From NCBI GenBank assembly GCA_964016885.1, contig OZ024743.1:288362001-288426000 (forward strand): a stretch of DNA of 64,000 bases, in the 5' to 3' direction. A model generated the notes under the pieces. The model made no database searches. It was not told where the DNA came from and saw nothing but the letters and a program-made list of their open reading frames with translations. Shown here in pieces: positions 15,583 through 31,354 of this stretch (its first letter is position 1; each line of letters starts with the position of its first letter). The translations under genes were made by a program, and so were the position numbers. This DNA comes from Eledone cirrhosa. Taxonomy: Eukaryota.

Positions 15583-15931
15583 TGATGTGTTTTTTTAATG
15601 TTATTGATAATATTGTTATTGTACTATATCTTTTTGTTTGCAATAGATAGTAGTTCTGAGAGAGGAGAAAGATGAATGAGAACTAATGAAATGTTTTAAT
15701 ACCGGAATCCGGCTTGAAGCAAATTCTTCTGCTACCCCACCAGACGTAATCAGCCGGTGTCACCCCTAGTGAAAAAAATAGAAGCACGGAGGAAAGATTG
15801 TAAAGTTGGTGGTAATTTTTGAATATTTTGGGAGGATACTGCATTGAAAAATATAGTCGCTATACATTCGTACACACTATATACACAAGGTTAGATACAT
15901 AGATAAATAAACAAATACATATAGTAACTTA

Positions 15932-16047
15932 TAAGGGTGTGCCAAAAAATGTACTTATATTTTGACTCATTGAACTGTTTCTAACGCAGTAAACAATACA
16001 TTTATTACCATTTAACGAGTGTGTATATCTTTTTGGTAGACCATATA
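15932..16047. mobile_element. Degenerate Tc1/mariner-like MITE
   Basis: Imperfect TIRs agggtgtgccaaaaaatgtac / gtatatctttttggtagacc. Confidence 0.4.
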
Positions 16048-16316
16048 TAATAAGAACGAAGCATACAACCATACACATACAAATATACTTCAGACCAGTC
16101 AATATATAGTGTAGATGATTCAGTGAATTACTGGTGGTGGTACCGAAAGAAGCGCTCGATGCACCGGCAGAGTTTGAATATTAATGAGAATGATGAAGTT
16201 TCGTTTACATGTATTAGGTTTTTATTGTATATCGAGCCATTCCTCTGCAAACCACGCGTAACAGGTTGATGCACAATAAAAATATAATACATGTAAACGA
16301 AACTTCATCGTTCTTA

Positions 16317-16431
<115 letters not shown>

Positions 16432-17107
16432 ACATACACACACACACATACATATATAGATATATGTGTGTGTATTTGTGTGTGTGTGTGTGTGTCTGTC
16501 TATGCGTGTTTGCTGAGGTTTGTTTATATATATATTATGTACACATTTACTGTTATACTCAGCAAGAGAAAGACAGTGTCCATGACTTTTCCGACACTTT
16601 GATCGAATGCTTGCAGCTGAATGGACTTCAGATATAGCAACCAACGGCCACGTATAAAATAAGCCTAACATCTATGTAAGCCAAGGAAGGATTTAAACTC
16701 AGAAAGCCAAGAACTAAAACGGCAAGGCATCTCGTTCTACGTTCTAACAATTCCAACAACCTACTGCCCTGGGGTGATTCCTTATTTTGTTGATCTTGAT
16801 AGCCTGAAAGGCAGATTTAACCAGGAAAATTTAACCAGGAGGACAGCACACAGTGCCGGAACACAGCGTTTTGTCCTAACACTATTTATACAAAAGTACT
16901 GATTTTAATTGATGCTATGGCTAGCAATTTGGAAGTTTAGAGCCTTTATAACTACTTAACAGGTATTTTATTTTATCGGTCCTAAAAGCCAAGTTGACTG
17001 CGATGGTGGGCAACTCTGAATGAAAAGAGCCGTATCAAATACCCCACACAATTTTGGGTAATGTTCTAACGATTCTGTCAAATATCTCATTCGTATTCTT
17101 GCATAAA

Positions 17108-17290
17108 TAATTGTTTCTACTTTAGGCACAAGGCCAGCAATTACCCAGTACATTACTGGTACTTTATTTTATCGAGCCCGTAAGGATGAAAGGCAAAGTC
17201 AACCTCGGCGGGATTTGAACTCAGATCGTAAAGGGACGTAACTATGCTGGAAAGCATGGCGTCCGACCCCCTACCGATACTGCCAATCCA
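17108..17290 (-). mobile_element. SINE A, full length
   Basis: Complete consensus. Confidence 0.82.
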
Positions 17291-17704
17291 TATAATGACA
17301 CTTCGTTATAAATATTACCCATACAGTACTGGACCAACAGATATGAAGAGCTCTCTACAGATATGCAGACATGCATACATACATACATACATACATGCAT
17401 ACATACATACATACATACATAGTACGTTCTAAAGATTCTGTCAATTCGCCGCTTAAATATGAAAGGTAAAGTTTACCCCAGAAGAAATACGAATATAATA
17501 ATCAAAACACAAAACGGTTACTAACAAAATAATAATTTAGTTATAACCAACTACAAATACGAAATAATATCAAAGCAAATAAACTGATAAAATATATACT
17601 AAAAGTTCCTGAAGCCTTGGGAATAACTTAAAATTTGCAAATTTGTTCTCCTTTCCTACTGGACAGAAACACTTTCTCCCCCACCAAACAACTACCAACT
17701 ATAA

Positions 17705-17791
<87 letters not shown>

Positions 17792-18280
17792 TGCGTGTGT
17801 CTGCGTGTGTCCTGTAGAAAAGGAGGAAAGGAAGTTCGTCTTCTTTGTAACTGAAATATTTGAATAACTGAAATACATTTTCTTATATCATCGGTAAGAT
17901 ATCTTTTGTTTTGTTTCATTTCAGGATCTTATTCGACGTGTTAATGGGACAAAAATGTCAAGTACTATTGTGCAGAAATCGAAAAACTTTAGCAAAAACA
18001 TTCTTTGATAAATCGGTGCAACAAACAAATACGTCGTGTCTTGTCATAATTAATCTAAGGAAATATATTAAAAAGTGCATTGAGAATTTATAGGTATAAA
18101 ATAAAACAATTTAAATTACCATTTTGTGAACTCTCTAGCCCAGTTTTCTTTCTGGCTTCTGTTGGAAATATTGAAGAATATGCTGCCAACCATTCTGATT
18201 TCATTGAAGAAATGCTAGCTGCACCTGATAATAATAACATTAATATGAAAGAAAACATGAAAACATTATGATCAATAATG

Positions 18281-18376
<96 letters not shown>

Positions 18377-18404
18377 ACTGCGTACTCACAGGATCATCGT
18401 ATAC

Positions 18405-18455
<51 letters not shown>

Positions 18456-19221
18456 TGAGAACTTGTGTATGTTGTTGTTATTGTCCTTCATCCCCAAGTC
18501 AATTGCGATCGTGGAAACAGATGGTTTAAGGTAGTAATTACTAAATATATTTTGGTAAGGAACACTTATATGGTTTTTCAAAATTTGAATAACTCTAACA
18601 CATATTCTTAGAAAAATTTGAAGACAGAATATATCATTTTTCCTGTTTTATCAAGGGGAGATGGATACTTCTCATGACCCTTGGCAGTGCTTCCGATACT
18701 TGTCAGAGAAAGGAAGGTTGGGAGGGTGGTCAGAAACTATCCTTAATCTGAAGACTTAATTCGAATACTTGCAAGCAGCTTCGATAGTGGTGTTAAAATG
18801 GACTAGAGGTTAAGTCTACCATTCATGTAGGCAACAGTGGTATTTGAACTCAAAACACAAATAACTGAAAATATATGGCAAATTATCACGCCCTATACTC
18901 AAACAGTTTCCTCAGTCCATTGATCTGGAATGGCACTTCATTTTATCGACCTCGAAAAGGTGAAAGGTGAAATTAACCTTAGCGAGATTTGAACTCAGAA
19001 CGCCGAGAGCTGTTACAGACCACACAAGATATTTCGACCTGCGAATTAAAAATTCTGCATGAAAATGAATAAAAAAGAAGAGATGGTCACGACTGGAATA
19101 TTTTTGATTTAGATTTGCTTTTTAAAAATAGGTGACTTAAGTGGGGAGACTAAACTACATCAATAAGAACAAGAATGACAACAAAAAGATACACACACAG
19201 ACATCTTAATATATATTTTAC

Positions 19222-19430
19222 CTGGTGATGTTGCTCCTAGTTTTCCGTTTAAGATGTTTCCGTTTAAATGATGATGTGGGTTAGGGATAAGGGTTGGTCC
19301 AGGAGATAAATCGTAACCGTAGCTCGGTCTTCGGCCTTCTCTTCGGTTACCATCAATGGCTGCCTGCAATTCTTGTGGGGAGCTGAGCTTTAATTTCTCG
19401 CATTCGTATGGGTAGAGGTATTTCATGTAT
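19222..19430 (-). CDS. ARID3: ARID3 internal exon: end of ARID and extended ARID region
   Basis: Split codon CA|A joins the previous exon to give Q-YMKYLYPYECEKLKLSSPQELQAAIDGNRREGRRPSYG..., the ARID3-specific extended ARID motif. Acceptor tattgcAG, donor G|GTAAAA. 209 bp, phase 2 in, phase 1 out. Confidence 0.95.
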
Positions 19431-20299
19431 CTGCAATACAAAGTTTACAAAGTTCACAAAGTTTACAATGGAGGCTTTTGTTGCAGAATAATTGCAAATT
19501 GGTATGCTTCCGAAATTATTTCCTTACTACTTATTCATTAATGAATTTGTGTTAACGGAAATTTTCAGAGAAAATTTTCCCGTATTGCAGATAACGATTA
19601 TGTTCATGAAATTATAACAAAAATTGACTGTTGCTATATTTTCATTATTATATAATCCTGTTCATTAAAACCTACATTCATTGAATATGCTCGCATTGTA
19701 TTTTTATTAGGCTAATAGTAAACATGGAATTTGTTGATGGTGGCTTCCAATTTCATGTTGAAATGGATAACAGTAATCAAGATAACAACATAGAAATTCT
19801 ACATGAACGCAATATCCTTTTTTCAACTACTTTTATTCACAATCTCAACATAGTCGAAATTTACACCTTTAAGAATTAATTCTTCACAATTGTATGCTGA
19901 ATCAATGTCGGATTTGGGCAGTAAACTGTATACTTGCCCTTGTTGCTTTACAATTTCTGGATGTCGAAAGTTTATGATATTTCTGAAAATATGTGGCTAT
20001 TTTCTGTTTCCTGGCTCTATATGTATTCATTCACCATTGATATCCCAGATGACAAAATCATACTCTGCGGTTAAATCCTCTGTTTATGTGTTTTCGTTAG
20101 ACTGAGCGGTTTCACCTTGTGTGTTCAGCAAGCCTTGCTGAACACACAAGCCAAAACGAGCTAAAACCGAACAAATGGTACACACTTTTTAAGTCATTAT
20201 CATTATTAGTATTAACCTTATTATAATAATCCATTGTTCTTGTTGAATATAAAGAAACAGCCCTCTAGCAGCCGGGTAATGTGATCACTGAGAGTTCTA

Positions 20300-20720
20300 T
20301 ATTAGCAATCTATAAAGTATTAGAGACAACGAAGTATGGTAGCTTTCTTGAAGTTTGTTCCGGATGAGTGGTGGCTATGGCGAAGGAGGTTGTATGTTGG
20401 GCAAGACTGAAATAACTGAATACAGACACATTCTACTTCGGTCAGGATTTTATCGATTATTTCAAGTTCAACTTGGAAAAGAATATGAATGTATTAAGAG
20501 AGATATTCCCCACAATAAAATGTATAAAGTGTGTGGAAATAGAGAAAAGTTTCAAGATTGAATCAGTCTACTCTCAACATGTGCCTGTATGTTGGATTGT
20601 ATAGCAGATGGCACTGTGGGGTTCCCGAATACCTTATTTTATTATCCCGAATACCTGATTTGAATACTACATATACTTGTTACCAATGTTTTCTTAGTTT
20701 CCTGTTATAACTTGCTTTTT
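20300..20720 (+). mobile_element. Degenerate Tx1/L1-like ORF2 C-terminal relic
   Basis: From 20368 reads VVAMAKEVVCWARLK*LNTDTFYFGQDFIDYFKFNLEK, homologous to the 51.5-kb peptide. Boundaries approximate. Confidence 0.5.
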
Positions 20721-20864
20721 AATGCCCCTTCATCCGATGCTCCTCATCACCATTAATATTTTTCATCGTGTCAGTTTAACCCAAGTGTTATTTAAAAAAT
20801 TCTATTTATTATTTAGATTCGCCAGGCAATTGGTGTTATCTGGTATTATTTTATATTATCATAA

Positions 20865-21056
20865 GGGCGGTAGATTGGCAGTATCGGTAGAGGGTCGGAC
20901 GCCATGCTTTGACGCATAAAGTTACGGCCCTTGCTATTCTGAGTTCAAATCGCGCTGAGGTTAACTTTGCCTTTCATCCTTATGGGGTCGATAAAATAAA
21001 GTACCAGTAATACACTGGGTAATTGCTGGCCTTGTGCCAAAAGTAGAAACAATTAT
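20865..21056 (+). mobile_element. SINE A, full length
   Basis: ggcggtagattggcagtatcggtagagggtcggacgccatgc...gagttcaaatc...gtagaaacaattatt. Confidence 0.82.
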
Positions 21057-21392
21057 TTTATATTATCATTGTTACTATTTAATATTATTAAGACTAGTTT
21101 GTTTGTACTGTTGTTTACTTGTGCTCTTGTTTGTATTTTTTCGCAATAAGCTGCACTGTCTGTTTTAACAATTAAGACTAACCAGAATGTGCCAAGCGTG
21201 ATTCTTGAAGAATCCTACGCAACACGTTGCCAAGTTGGTCTCCAGGGAAACGGAAATGCAACATTTGGTAGAGTCTGATAGGAAATGAGTTGAGAGAAAG
21301 AGTGACAAAATACGTACATAGATAGATAATGATAGAAGATAGCTACATACATAATACATACACACATAAATACTTACATATACATATATACA

Positions 21393-21425
<33 letters not shown>

Positions 21426-21654
21426 GAAAATTAATTTTCTTATTCTGATGAAGAGAGGAGGACGAATATAATATTGGTAAGGTTATGTTGGATAGTGGAA
21501 TTAGATGTGAATTTTTGCTCGGGCTGGTGTAAAGGGTATTGTCGGTTACGTCGTGCGAAAATAGAAACAGAAATAAACTAAGAATTCAAGAAAAAACTTA
21601 AACACAAAAAATGGTATATATATATATATGTAAAAGGTAAGCAGAAATAACAAC

Positions 21655-21727
<73 letters not shown>

Positions 21728-21855
21728 GTAGGAGGTGAGTTTTATTGTAGTACAATAAAGCAATGCAGATATCGGATAAGAAGCACTCTACAGTTTGTAG
21801 GACTGGAGTATACATAATATATAAGATCAAAAGATGGTTAAAGGAGTTCCATGTA

Positions 21856-21922
21856 TTTTATTATGCACATTTCAAAAACAAACATCATCATGCAATAATA
21901 TTTGTGTTTTCATCAGATAAAA
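21856..21922 (-). ncRNA. Mirror copy of the long-stem-II hammerhead
   Basis: Reverse complement of 22057-22123 with stem III variant ATGTGCAT; lies in the sense of an ARID3 intron. Confidence 0.65.
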
Positions 21923-22056
21923 CAGGAGAACATGATATGAAGGCTAAAAAACACTTGTGGATAGTGCAGTTTTAAATCAACATATTATGTTGTATATGTT
22001 GATTTAAAACTGCACTATCCACAAGTGTTTTTTAGCCTTCATATCATGTTCTCCTG

Positions 22057-22123
22057 TTTTATCTGATGAAAACACAAATATTATTGCATGATGATGTTTG
22101 TTTTTGAAATGCGCATAATAAAA
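22057..22123 (+). ncRNA. Type I hammerhead ribozyme with long stem II
   Basis: TTTTAT-CTGATGA-[AAACACAAATATTATT gcat GATGATGTTTGTTTTT]-GAAA-TGCGCA-TA-ATAAAA. Stem I is 6 bp, stem II is about 16 bp and imperfect, stem III is the palindrome ATGCGCAT, cleavage triplet AUA. Confidence 0.72.
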
Positions 22124-22155
22124 TACATGGAACTCCTTTAACCATCTTTTGATCT

Positions 22156-22222
<67 letters not shown>

Positions 22223-22859
22223 AGACCTTGTGTGTTTTAATTGGATAAATTTCCCGTTTAGACATGGAAAAGTTATAAGCTTGACTGTTCGGTTTTATAT
22301 TGTATAGAATACTCTATTTTCCATTAGTACGTAATATTATGTTGTATAATGGCCTGACTACTAGTCTTAACTAGTAACATCTCATTTCCGCCTCCTCTCT
22401 CTCTCTCTGGGATCCCATACTGTATATATAAAGTATCACTTAGATCTCGATGCTTTTGTAGAAGACCTTTGCCAAAGGGTCCGAAGCAATGGTTCTGAAT
22501 CCCTAACCAAGTGGTTGCGTGGTGAACGTCTTAACCATTCTGCCATATATATTACAATATATAATACATAATACATCATCATACAGAAAGAGCCTCTATT
22601 TCGTCACCATCAAACAATTTCTAACTCTTTTAAAATTAGCAAGATGTATTTTGTGAATGTAGTCGTAGATATTTAGGAAAAAGATGTGATGTTTACGGTC
22701 GTAATACCTTTGGGGATTGGTCTGCTAGATCAGATATAATATGGGGTTAAGCAACAATGCTAACTACTACTGCAGCAACGCATTACCCCCCCCCCCCCCC
22801 CACACACACACACAAACATGCACATGCACACACACACATATATATACACACAGATATGC

Positions 22860-22903
<44 letters not shown>

Positions 22904-23002
22904 TTATAAATATAGTAAAAAATTGAACGGGAACAAAACAGAGAGGCAGTACGAACAAAGGTTTATTAGTTTCACGCTCTTGAGAGTGGGGTGGTGGCGG
23001 GG

Positions 23003-23036
23003 AACGATGTTTCGGGCATAAGCCCTTCTTCAGGTG
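23003..23036 (-). ncRNA. Degenerate Penelope-type minimal hammerhead motif
   Basis: Minus strand reads CTGAAGA-A-GGGC(TTAT)GCCC-GAAA-CATCG-TT within a roughly 140-bp insert (22925-23066) between TA-rich tracts. Stem I is not recoverable. Confidence 0.45.
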
Positions 23037-23064
23037 AAAAGTGTGTGGGAAGAGAGTTCCAAGG

Positions 23065-23277
<213 letters not shown>

Positions 23278-23998
23278 CTTTCACAAAATAATTGTATATG
23301 TATAAGCGGGTGTGGGTTCCTGAGTAAATGTTTTGAATGTAGGTTTATAAATAATTTAATGCTTAAAACAGTATGGATATTTGAAATTCCAAGGAAGAAT
23401 GTAGAACGGAAGGAGGGATTGAACTACGTACTATAATAAATAACATTACAAGTCCGAACTAATTCCTAAAACATGCTTAATATCTAATGTCGAATTTTCA
23501 GAAGATAAATTAAATTTATGTTAGTAAATTAGTAAAAATAGTTTTTAAAAAATAGCGTAAAGAAATATTACAAAATATAATAAAAGCGAGAACATCCTAA
23601 GTGTGTATATCGTTATTTTGTTGTTAAAGTTATATTGAATTGTAAATTAAAATAAAATTATTTTGCCTTTTCTCATTTATTCTGACGGAAAGAAAAGCAT
23701 TCATAGAAATTGATATTTATGTTATATGCAAATGTTTTGTAGGGGAAAGAAATATAGCGATTAACTAATTTTAAGTTTTGTGTTGCTTTTTTTATTTTAA
23801 ATTCTATATTAGGCGTTTACGCCAAAATTCTAATTAAGTTGATTCACGATTTCTCGCCAGAGGTAAAAAAAAAAAACACGAGAGAAAGAAAAAAATCAAA
23901 GAAATATAAAAAAATAGCAAAAAGAGGTTTCACTTTATTATATTTTAGGCTTGCCTTGCACTTGCAACAGGCAATATTGTTATCATTTACCTTCCTTA

Positions 23999-24041
<43 letters not shown>

Positions 24042-25420
24042 CAACGTGTCAGCTTAACCCAAGTGTTATTTAAAAATCTCTATTTATTATTTAGTTTCGT
24101 CAGGCAATTGGTGTTGAGTGTGGATGGGGATGAGAAGAAGAAGAAGAAGAAGAAGAAGAAGAAGAAGAAGAAGAAGAAGAAGAAGAAGAAGAAGAAGAAG
24201 AAGAAGAACAACAACAACAACAACAACAACAGCAGCAGCAACAGCAACAACAACAATGACAACTAGAAAACAACTTGGTACTGTTAATAATCCCAGTGCC
24301 TCACACTAAATTAAAAACAGGTTGCTTTATTTCTCCCATCCCGATTCCTTTTTCATTTAAATGAATACCTATAATATATTGCCGTGGTTTAAACCCCCTT
24401 ATGAATCTAAGAATTAGAAATGCCTCATGGTTTTTAGTGCGACTAAGTTGTATCTTATTGGCAACAAGTGGTGATTTGGGGGCCTTTATTTTACAGTTCA
24501 TATTGAATATGATTATTGGCTACTTGTCTCACCATTACGACGACCTGTCGTTCCATGCAAGTAGAAGTCTTGCAAACAAACCGCCTAAATCCGCCCGCTT
24601 CTACGATTCAAAAGTGTTTATTTTAATGTTTCTTATTTATTTATTTTAAAACTTCCATCATAATCTTACATAAAAAAAAACCTTTATAGAATTATGCTTC
24701 TAACGTCACCTTAATAATGTGAATGTTAGTTATGTTACTAAATTCTTCCAAATTCTTGATTATTTGAAATTATCTGTAAATTGTGAGCGGCGTTTTACAT
24801 TAGAAATATTATAACGAAACAATTATCCATCCAAGGATGTTCTACTTTCATGCGTTTAGTTTTTGTGATATCGAAACTACTCCTGATTTACGATGCCATT
24901 CTGTTTATTTTAAAGTGTTTGTATTTATTTAAACGCCATAAAAATCCGCATTTCCTCCAATACAATCAGCGTTTGGAGGGGCTTTGAATGTGTGGTTCGT
25001 TGTCCTACAGTTTTAAAGACAGGGGCACATATTGGAGAATATAATTCATGATACAAAGAAAGAAACAGCTAGTTGGTTACAATTATATCACTTTTCATCA
25101 TAAGCTTTCTCGATGTAAGCTAACCCCGCGTTGAACAGCAAATACAGCAACAACAACAACAACAATAATAATAACAACAATAATAAACCCGGGATCGAAT
25201 CAAGAGTTTTAAAAGTTTGAAATGTTTTTTCCGTTTTTTCCTCCTATCACTCTCTATCTTTCTATTTCATCATTTATTTCTCATTCCGTCTTCTGAGAAA
25301 TGGTTCGTGTCTGAAACGTAAAAGCTCTTTGCTTACTAAATCAGTCGTTAAACTAATATATTTCTTCATTGTACTGCGTTGTTTGCTTTGTTGTTTCCGT
25401 TTACTTTTTACATATGTATG

Positions 25421-25535
<115 letters not shown>

Positions 25536-25951
25536 CTTGATATTTCGGGTTTGATAATGAGCGGTATATAGTTATTTGCATATAAAATGCATCGATTCGT
25601 CTTATCTTTTCCTGAAATTGACATATCAATATATACAAATGAAAATAACAAAATTTAAAATTTATAATTTGTTGGCTGAAGTAACATAAACTCATAACAC
25701 ATGGCACAAGTAAGGAACCGAAGTTATATCGAAATAATTTGATTAAATTAAATTTCAAAACAGGATATATTGCAGTTAAATATCGTGCCATATATAATTT
25801 GAAAGAAAATAACAGGTGAATTTTGAACATACACACAAACAAACACACACATATTAGTACACATTAATGACGGACACGAAGTTTATATACGTGAAATATA
25901 AATACCGGTATTTACATGTTTCTACACAACACACATATATACACACACACG

Positions 25952-26050
<99 letters not shown>

Positions 26051-27050
26051 GTATATGTATATATATATATGTTTATACATATTTATATAGATAGGTAGTT
26101 AGATTGATTGATATAGAGATAGACCTAATTTGAATAATTTTAATTTTAATAATATGTAAATTCTATAGACTTACTTTCATTTGGTATAGTTATATTTTAT
26201 GTATTTATTTACTATATATTGTAGAATTAAATTCCTTCGTATATATATATATATGCGCATATGTTTCTGAATAAATCTAATTCATATACTTTGTGTTTAC
26301 TTAATTTATATTTTCACAGATTAATATTTATGTATATATTTAAGTATGTATGTTTGTATGTGTGTATGTGAGAGCGTGACAGTGTGTGTTTCTGTCTGTG
26401 TATTTCTCTCGGTGTGTTTTGTGTGAGTGTATCCATATGTGTTTATGTGTTCATATACATTATGAATAAATGCATAAATATTTCAGAAAAATATTCTAGA
26501 TTAATGCCCTATATTAAATATTATAATATAATACCGCAGTCTCTAGATAATACGGGAATGAAATGAAATATAATTATATAAAATAAACATGAATTCTATT
26601 CAACTAAAATCTGTATTTAATGGGTGTTTTTTGCGTAGTTTTACTGATATATATATTCTTTAATAAGTATTTCCCCCAATGTTCGTACATGAAGTACTTT
26701 TTAATAAGGAAATATCAACAAGAATAATTGTGTATGTTTATTTACACATATATATCATATAGCAATGATACGTTAACAAATATGCACGCGCAAACCCACA
26801 TGCAGAGCTACATGCAGATACAAATATGTATGTAGATATTTCACATATACATACACAAACTAATTTTTTCACATGTATGAAGGAGGGAAGGAATCAAGGA
26901 ACAACTATATCTGTGTATACACAGAAATTCATTGCTTAAATTTTTAATCTGTACTGATAATAAATGTTTGCTCTACGGGTTTATATATACTTATATATAT
27001 ATACAACCCTTATCGTGTCCTCTTTGGATTTTGGTCTTTGTATTTATTAT

Positions 27051-27281
<231 letters not shown>

Positions 27282-27470
27282 ATATATATATACAATGATA
27301 CTAAATAAATGGAAACTATATTTATAAAACCATATTTATTCTATTATATATATATCAATGGTACCAAAACTTTCATCAGATAAAATACAATATTTATAAA
27401 ACAAACTTTGTATTTTATCTGATGAGAGCGTTAAGAAGCAGCGATTCTTTACTTAAACTTTAATCTGCTA

Positions 27471-27512
<42 letters not shown>

Positions 27513-27514
27513 TG

Positions 27515-27580
<66 letters not shown>

Positions 27581-27666
27581 TATATATATGCATAGATAGA
27601 TATATAAAGAGGGGGAGAGGGAAAGCGAGAGGTTAGGAGATATACTTGAGATTCTGAATCACTCAC

Positions 27667-27850
27667 TGTGTTCTCAATGTGAACGCTGCACTTGTTATGG
27701 ACGAAGGCAAATTTAACCCTTTTGTAATCTCTCTCCATAATTTTTTATTTATAACTTCAACTAGTCCTCCTTTCGACACAACCAGTCGAAATAATTCATA
27801 TAGATCCAACGTCTGCTTTGCCATAATTGGTATTCTGTTGACGGGTGTAC
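27667..27850 (-). CDS. ARID3: ARID3/dead ringer-family transcription factor, internal exon encoding the ARID core
   Basis: Translates (G)TPVNRIPIMAKQTLDLYELFRLVVSKGGLVEVINKKLWREITKGLNLPSSITSAAFTLRT(Q), which I recognise as the ARID3/Bright/Dri ARID domain. Acceptor ttttacAG (27852-27851), donor GTGAGT (27666-27661). 184 bp, phase 1 in, phase 2 out. Confidence 0.96.
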
Positions 27851-28492
27851 CTGTAAAAGAAGAAACAATTGTATTCATTAGATCAGAGTATAGAAAATCT
27901 TTTTTTTTTCTGTTTAGCAGCAGACCTTATGAGATATTTCTCATCGTAAATTAGGCCATCGCACAAAATGAAAAGTTTAAGAAACATCGTATGCAGTGTA
28001 CACTAGTGGTTTCCAAATCGGTGAAGCCATAACTATAGTTTAAGGACAATATCCAATAATCAAATTTTAATAGGACATCAAATGAAGTAAAATTGTTTTA
28101 GAAAGAGAATCCATGCATAAAATTATTTAATTTAATTATTTCATCAAATACAATTTATCTAGTGGGGAACAGATTCATTTCACATTTTATAAAAAAATAT
28201 GACACATCTTTATTATTCATATTGATCATTTGCTCTATCATAGCCACATCCCAGTAACATGAACGAATGGAAATGTCTTATTTTCATCGCCGGAAGTAAG
28301 TTATGAAGCTTCTATCTTGATGTTGCTAGGATAGTCTCAACTGATTGCATTTTTTCCCACTCACCATATTCAGAAAGCTAGAATTTAATTGGATGTATAC
28401 ATTGCATGCTGAGTCCTGCTCTCATGTATTATCACCCATCCTTCTAATTCCCCCACTTTCTCTCACTACACCTCTCCCTCTCTCTCTCCTTA

Positions 28493-28566
<74 letters not shown>

Positions 28567-30293
28567 GACACACACACATATATATGCTTATGTATTTCCA
28601 TAGAGTTTCCATCTAGCAGTTTTCATTCACAAGCATTGGACAACTTGAGGCTATAACAGAAGACATGTGCCCCAAGTACAACTCAGTGGGATCGAACCGA
28701 AAATAACATGGTTGTGGAGCAAAACTCTTCATCACCCAGCTCTGTCTGCATTTAGTGTTATAGAATGGTTTTGGTGTAAAATTCTTAACTACACAACATT
28801 TCCTGCGCTTAGCGTTAAAATCTTTTTTTTTAATATTACAATGTCCACAAGTTGTTTACTGAAAATAACAAATAAACGTTTTATTTGTTGGTGCTTAATT
28901 TATTCCTCTCAATGATTATTTGATTGTTGCAGAGAAACAACATAACAATGAAAATAAATAAAACAAAATAAAATAAATCATAATAAATCTAATAATAAAA
29001 TACAAAACAATTACCATATAAAATAAACGAGTAAAAATGATTTTCAACAAGGTAACTTTTATTTCTAAATCTCGAGTTGTTGTTGCGTTAAAACATTTTT
29101 ATCACATCATGATGTTTCGTAGTTATTTAATTTTCTTTTCTAATATTTTTTTTTGTAATTTCTAGTTCTATCACATCTATTGTCGATCAAATATGCGATT
29201 AAACTAAAAATATTGCCGCTATTTTGTAAACACAGAGCACAGTAATACAAATATAAGAAACAGACAAAAATGAAATAACAAATATGGCCACTTTGTAATA
29301 TCATGAAAGCGGCCATTTTGTAAGTTTGTAAGAAGAGGATAAAAATGTGTTAAAAGATGCGCTAAATGTGTGCTTGAATGTGTGTTCGTGCGTTTGAGAG
29401 TGTGTGAAAGTGTGTATATGGGAATGTGTGCCTATATTGCTAGATAATTTATCAGAGGATGCAGTAAAAGTGTATATTTCGATATCTGTAAAAATCTCTA
29501 CTTTAATACAATTGACATTTAAATAGAAAAACAAAATAAGGAGTAATAGTGGGAGGAGTAAAGTAAATGTAATTAAGAATAGTCATGAAATTGCCATGAG
29601 ATAATAAAGAGAAAAAAATAAGGAAGTGTCCTTTTCGAAAATGAAGGTGAGTAGAATGGACCTCCGTCGGTTTTAAGGATGAATGATCCAGTTGATCAAT
29701 CAATGAAACAATTTGCTCATGAAACTAATGTATAAGTACGCTTAATATAATACTCTGAGCAATCCAGTGGGATACTGTGTTTGACAAAGCTGCCCCTTTG
29801 CTTTATTGGTGCAGTTTATTTGATGGGCTTACAAAGAGTTTTAATTTATTCAGTTTCATGACAGTGGGTGACCCGAGGCTATGGGAAATAACACATATCT
29901 AACATACCCTGCAACATCTTAATCATTTGGTCATGCTAAAAACAAGGAGGTAGTAGTGATAGTAGTAAATACATAAAAACAGAAAAGATAAACACTTGTG
30001 CAACTAAAGCCAGTGTCGCGGTTTGGATATTTGCTTGCTTGTATTATTGTTTATTTCTATTTTGTTTAGTTTTGTTGTTACTGCTCACTGTGCGGCGACT
30101 GTTTTAGTGGTGGCGTTGGAGATGGTGATGGTGGGGGTCATATGTGTTTTATTTGATTGGAGTCTTGTAACTAATTACACACATACACATGTTCACAAAC
30201 GCAAGTATACATAAATGTATACACACAGAAATATATATATATATATTGACACACACACACCTACACAAACACAAAGATACACACATGCGTATG

Positions 30294-30421
<128 letters not shown>

Positions 30422-30481
30422 GAACAGGACCCCGACGGCTGAGTTCTTGCCATTTCAACAGCTAGTTAATATATATATATA

Positions 30482-30668
30482 TAATTGTTTCTACTTTTAG
30501 CACAAGGCCAACAATTATTCCAGTGTATTACTGGTACTTTATTTTATCGACCCCGTAACGATGAAAGGCAAAGTTAACCTCGGCGGGATTTGAACCCAGA
30601 CAATAAAGGGCCGTAACTCTTTGCTGCAAAGCATGGCGTCTGACCCTCTACTGATACTGCCAATCCAC
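30482..30668 (-). mobile_element. SINE A, full length
   Basis: Complete consensus. Confidence 0.8.
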
Positions 30669-31030
30669 CATAATGTCCGTTTTGCGAGTATATTAATACG
30701 TTTTCGTAAAACAAAACTGAACATTACTAAAAATATACGTAGTGTGTAGCATTTGTTATTGTGTATGTGCTTGTTTCTATCGTAGTTATCATATACATGT
30801 ATACATCGCATAGACAAATAATGAGTTAATACAAAAGAATAGAGAGGGCACACTTGATGGCAGAGAAAAAAGATTAAAATACATGATACAGAAAGAGAAA
30901 GCGAGAAATAGAGAAATAGATAAACATACAGGCATTAAATAGATACATAGTATATAGACATGTTTCGTAATTTATATTGGCATAATTCTAGTTCCTATAG
31001 AGGACTATGTATTTCACATATTCATCTATC

Positions 31031-31113
<83 letters not shown>

Positions 31114-31243
31114 TTATCTATCTATCTATCTACCTATCTACCTACCTATCTATCTATCGATCTATCTACCTATCTACCTATCTGTCTATCTGTACTTTGT
31201 ACTTGTCCCACTTTTGATGCCCTAGTGGCAAATAAAAGAAATA

Positions 31244-31354
<111 letters not shown>

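Larger units (their letters stand above)
21814..22165. repeat. Long palindrome (about 172-bp arms, 8-nt spacer) next to (TA)n, hammerhead-bearing
   Basis: Arms are reverse complements centred near 21990; I found one mismatch (atgcacat vs atgcgcat). Confidence 0.9.

Noticed and set aside
17108-17290. SINE heads as tRNA genes
   Set aside because: A and B boxes are present but there is no cloverleaf, and each is followed by a SINE body and tail.
24520-24570. Plus-strand peptide DDLSFHASR resembling ARID DDLFSFMQKR
   Set aside because: Wrong strand and wrong position relative to the ARID3 exons; a chance match.
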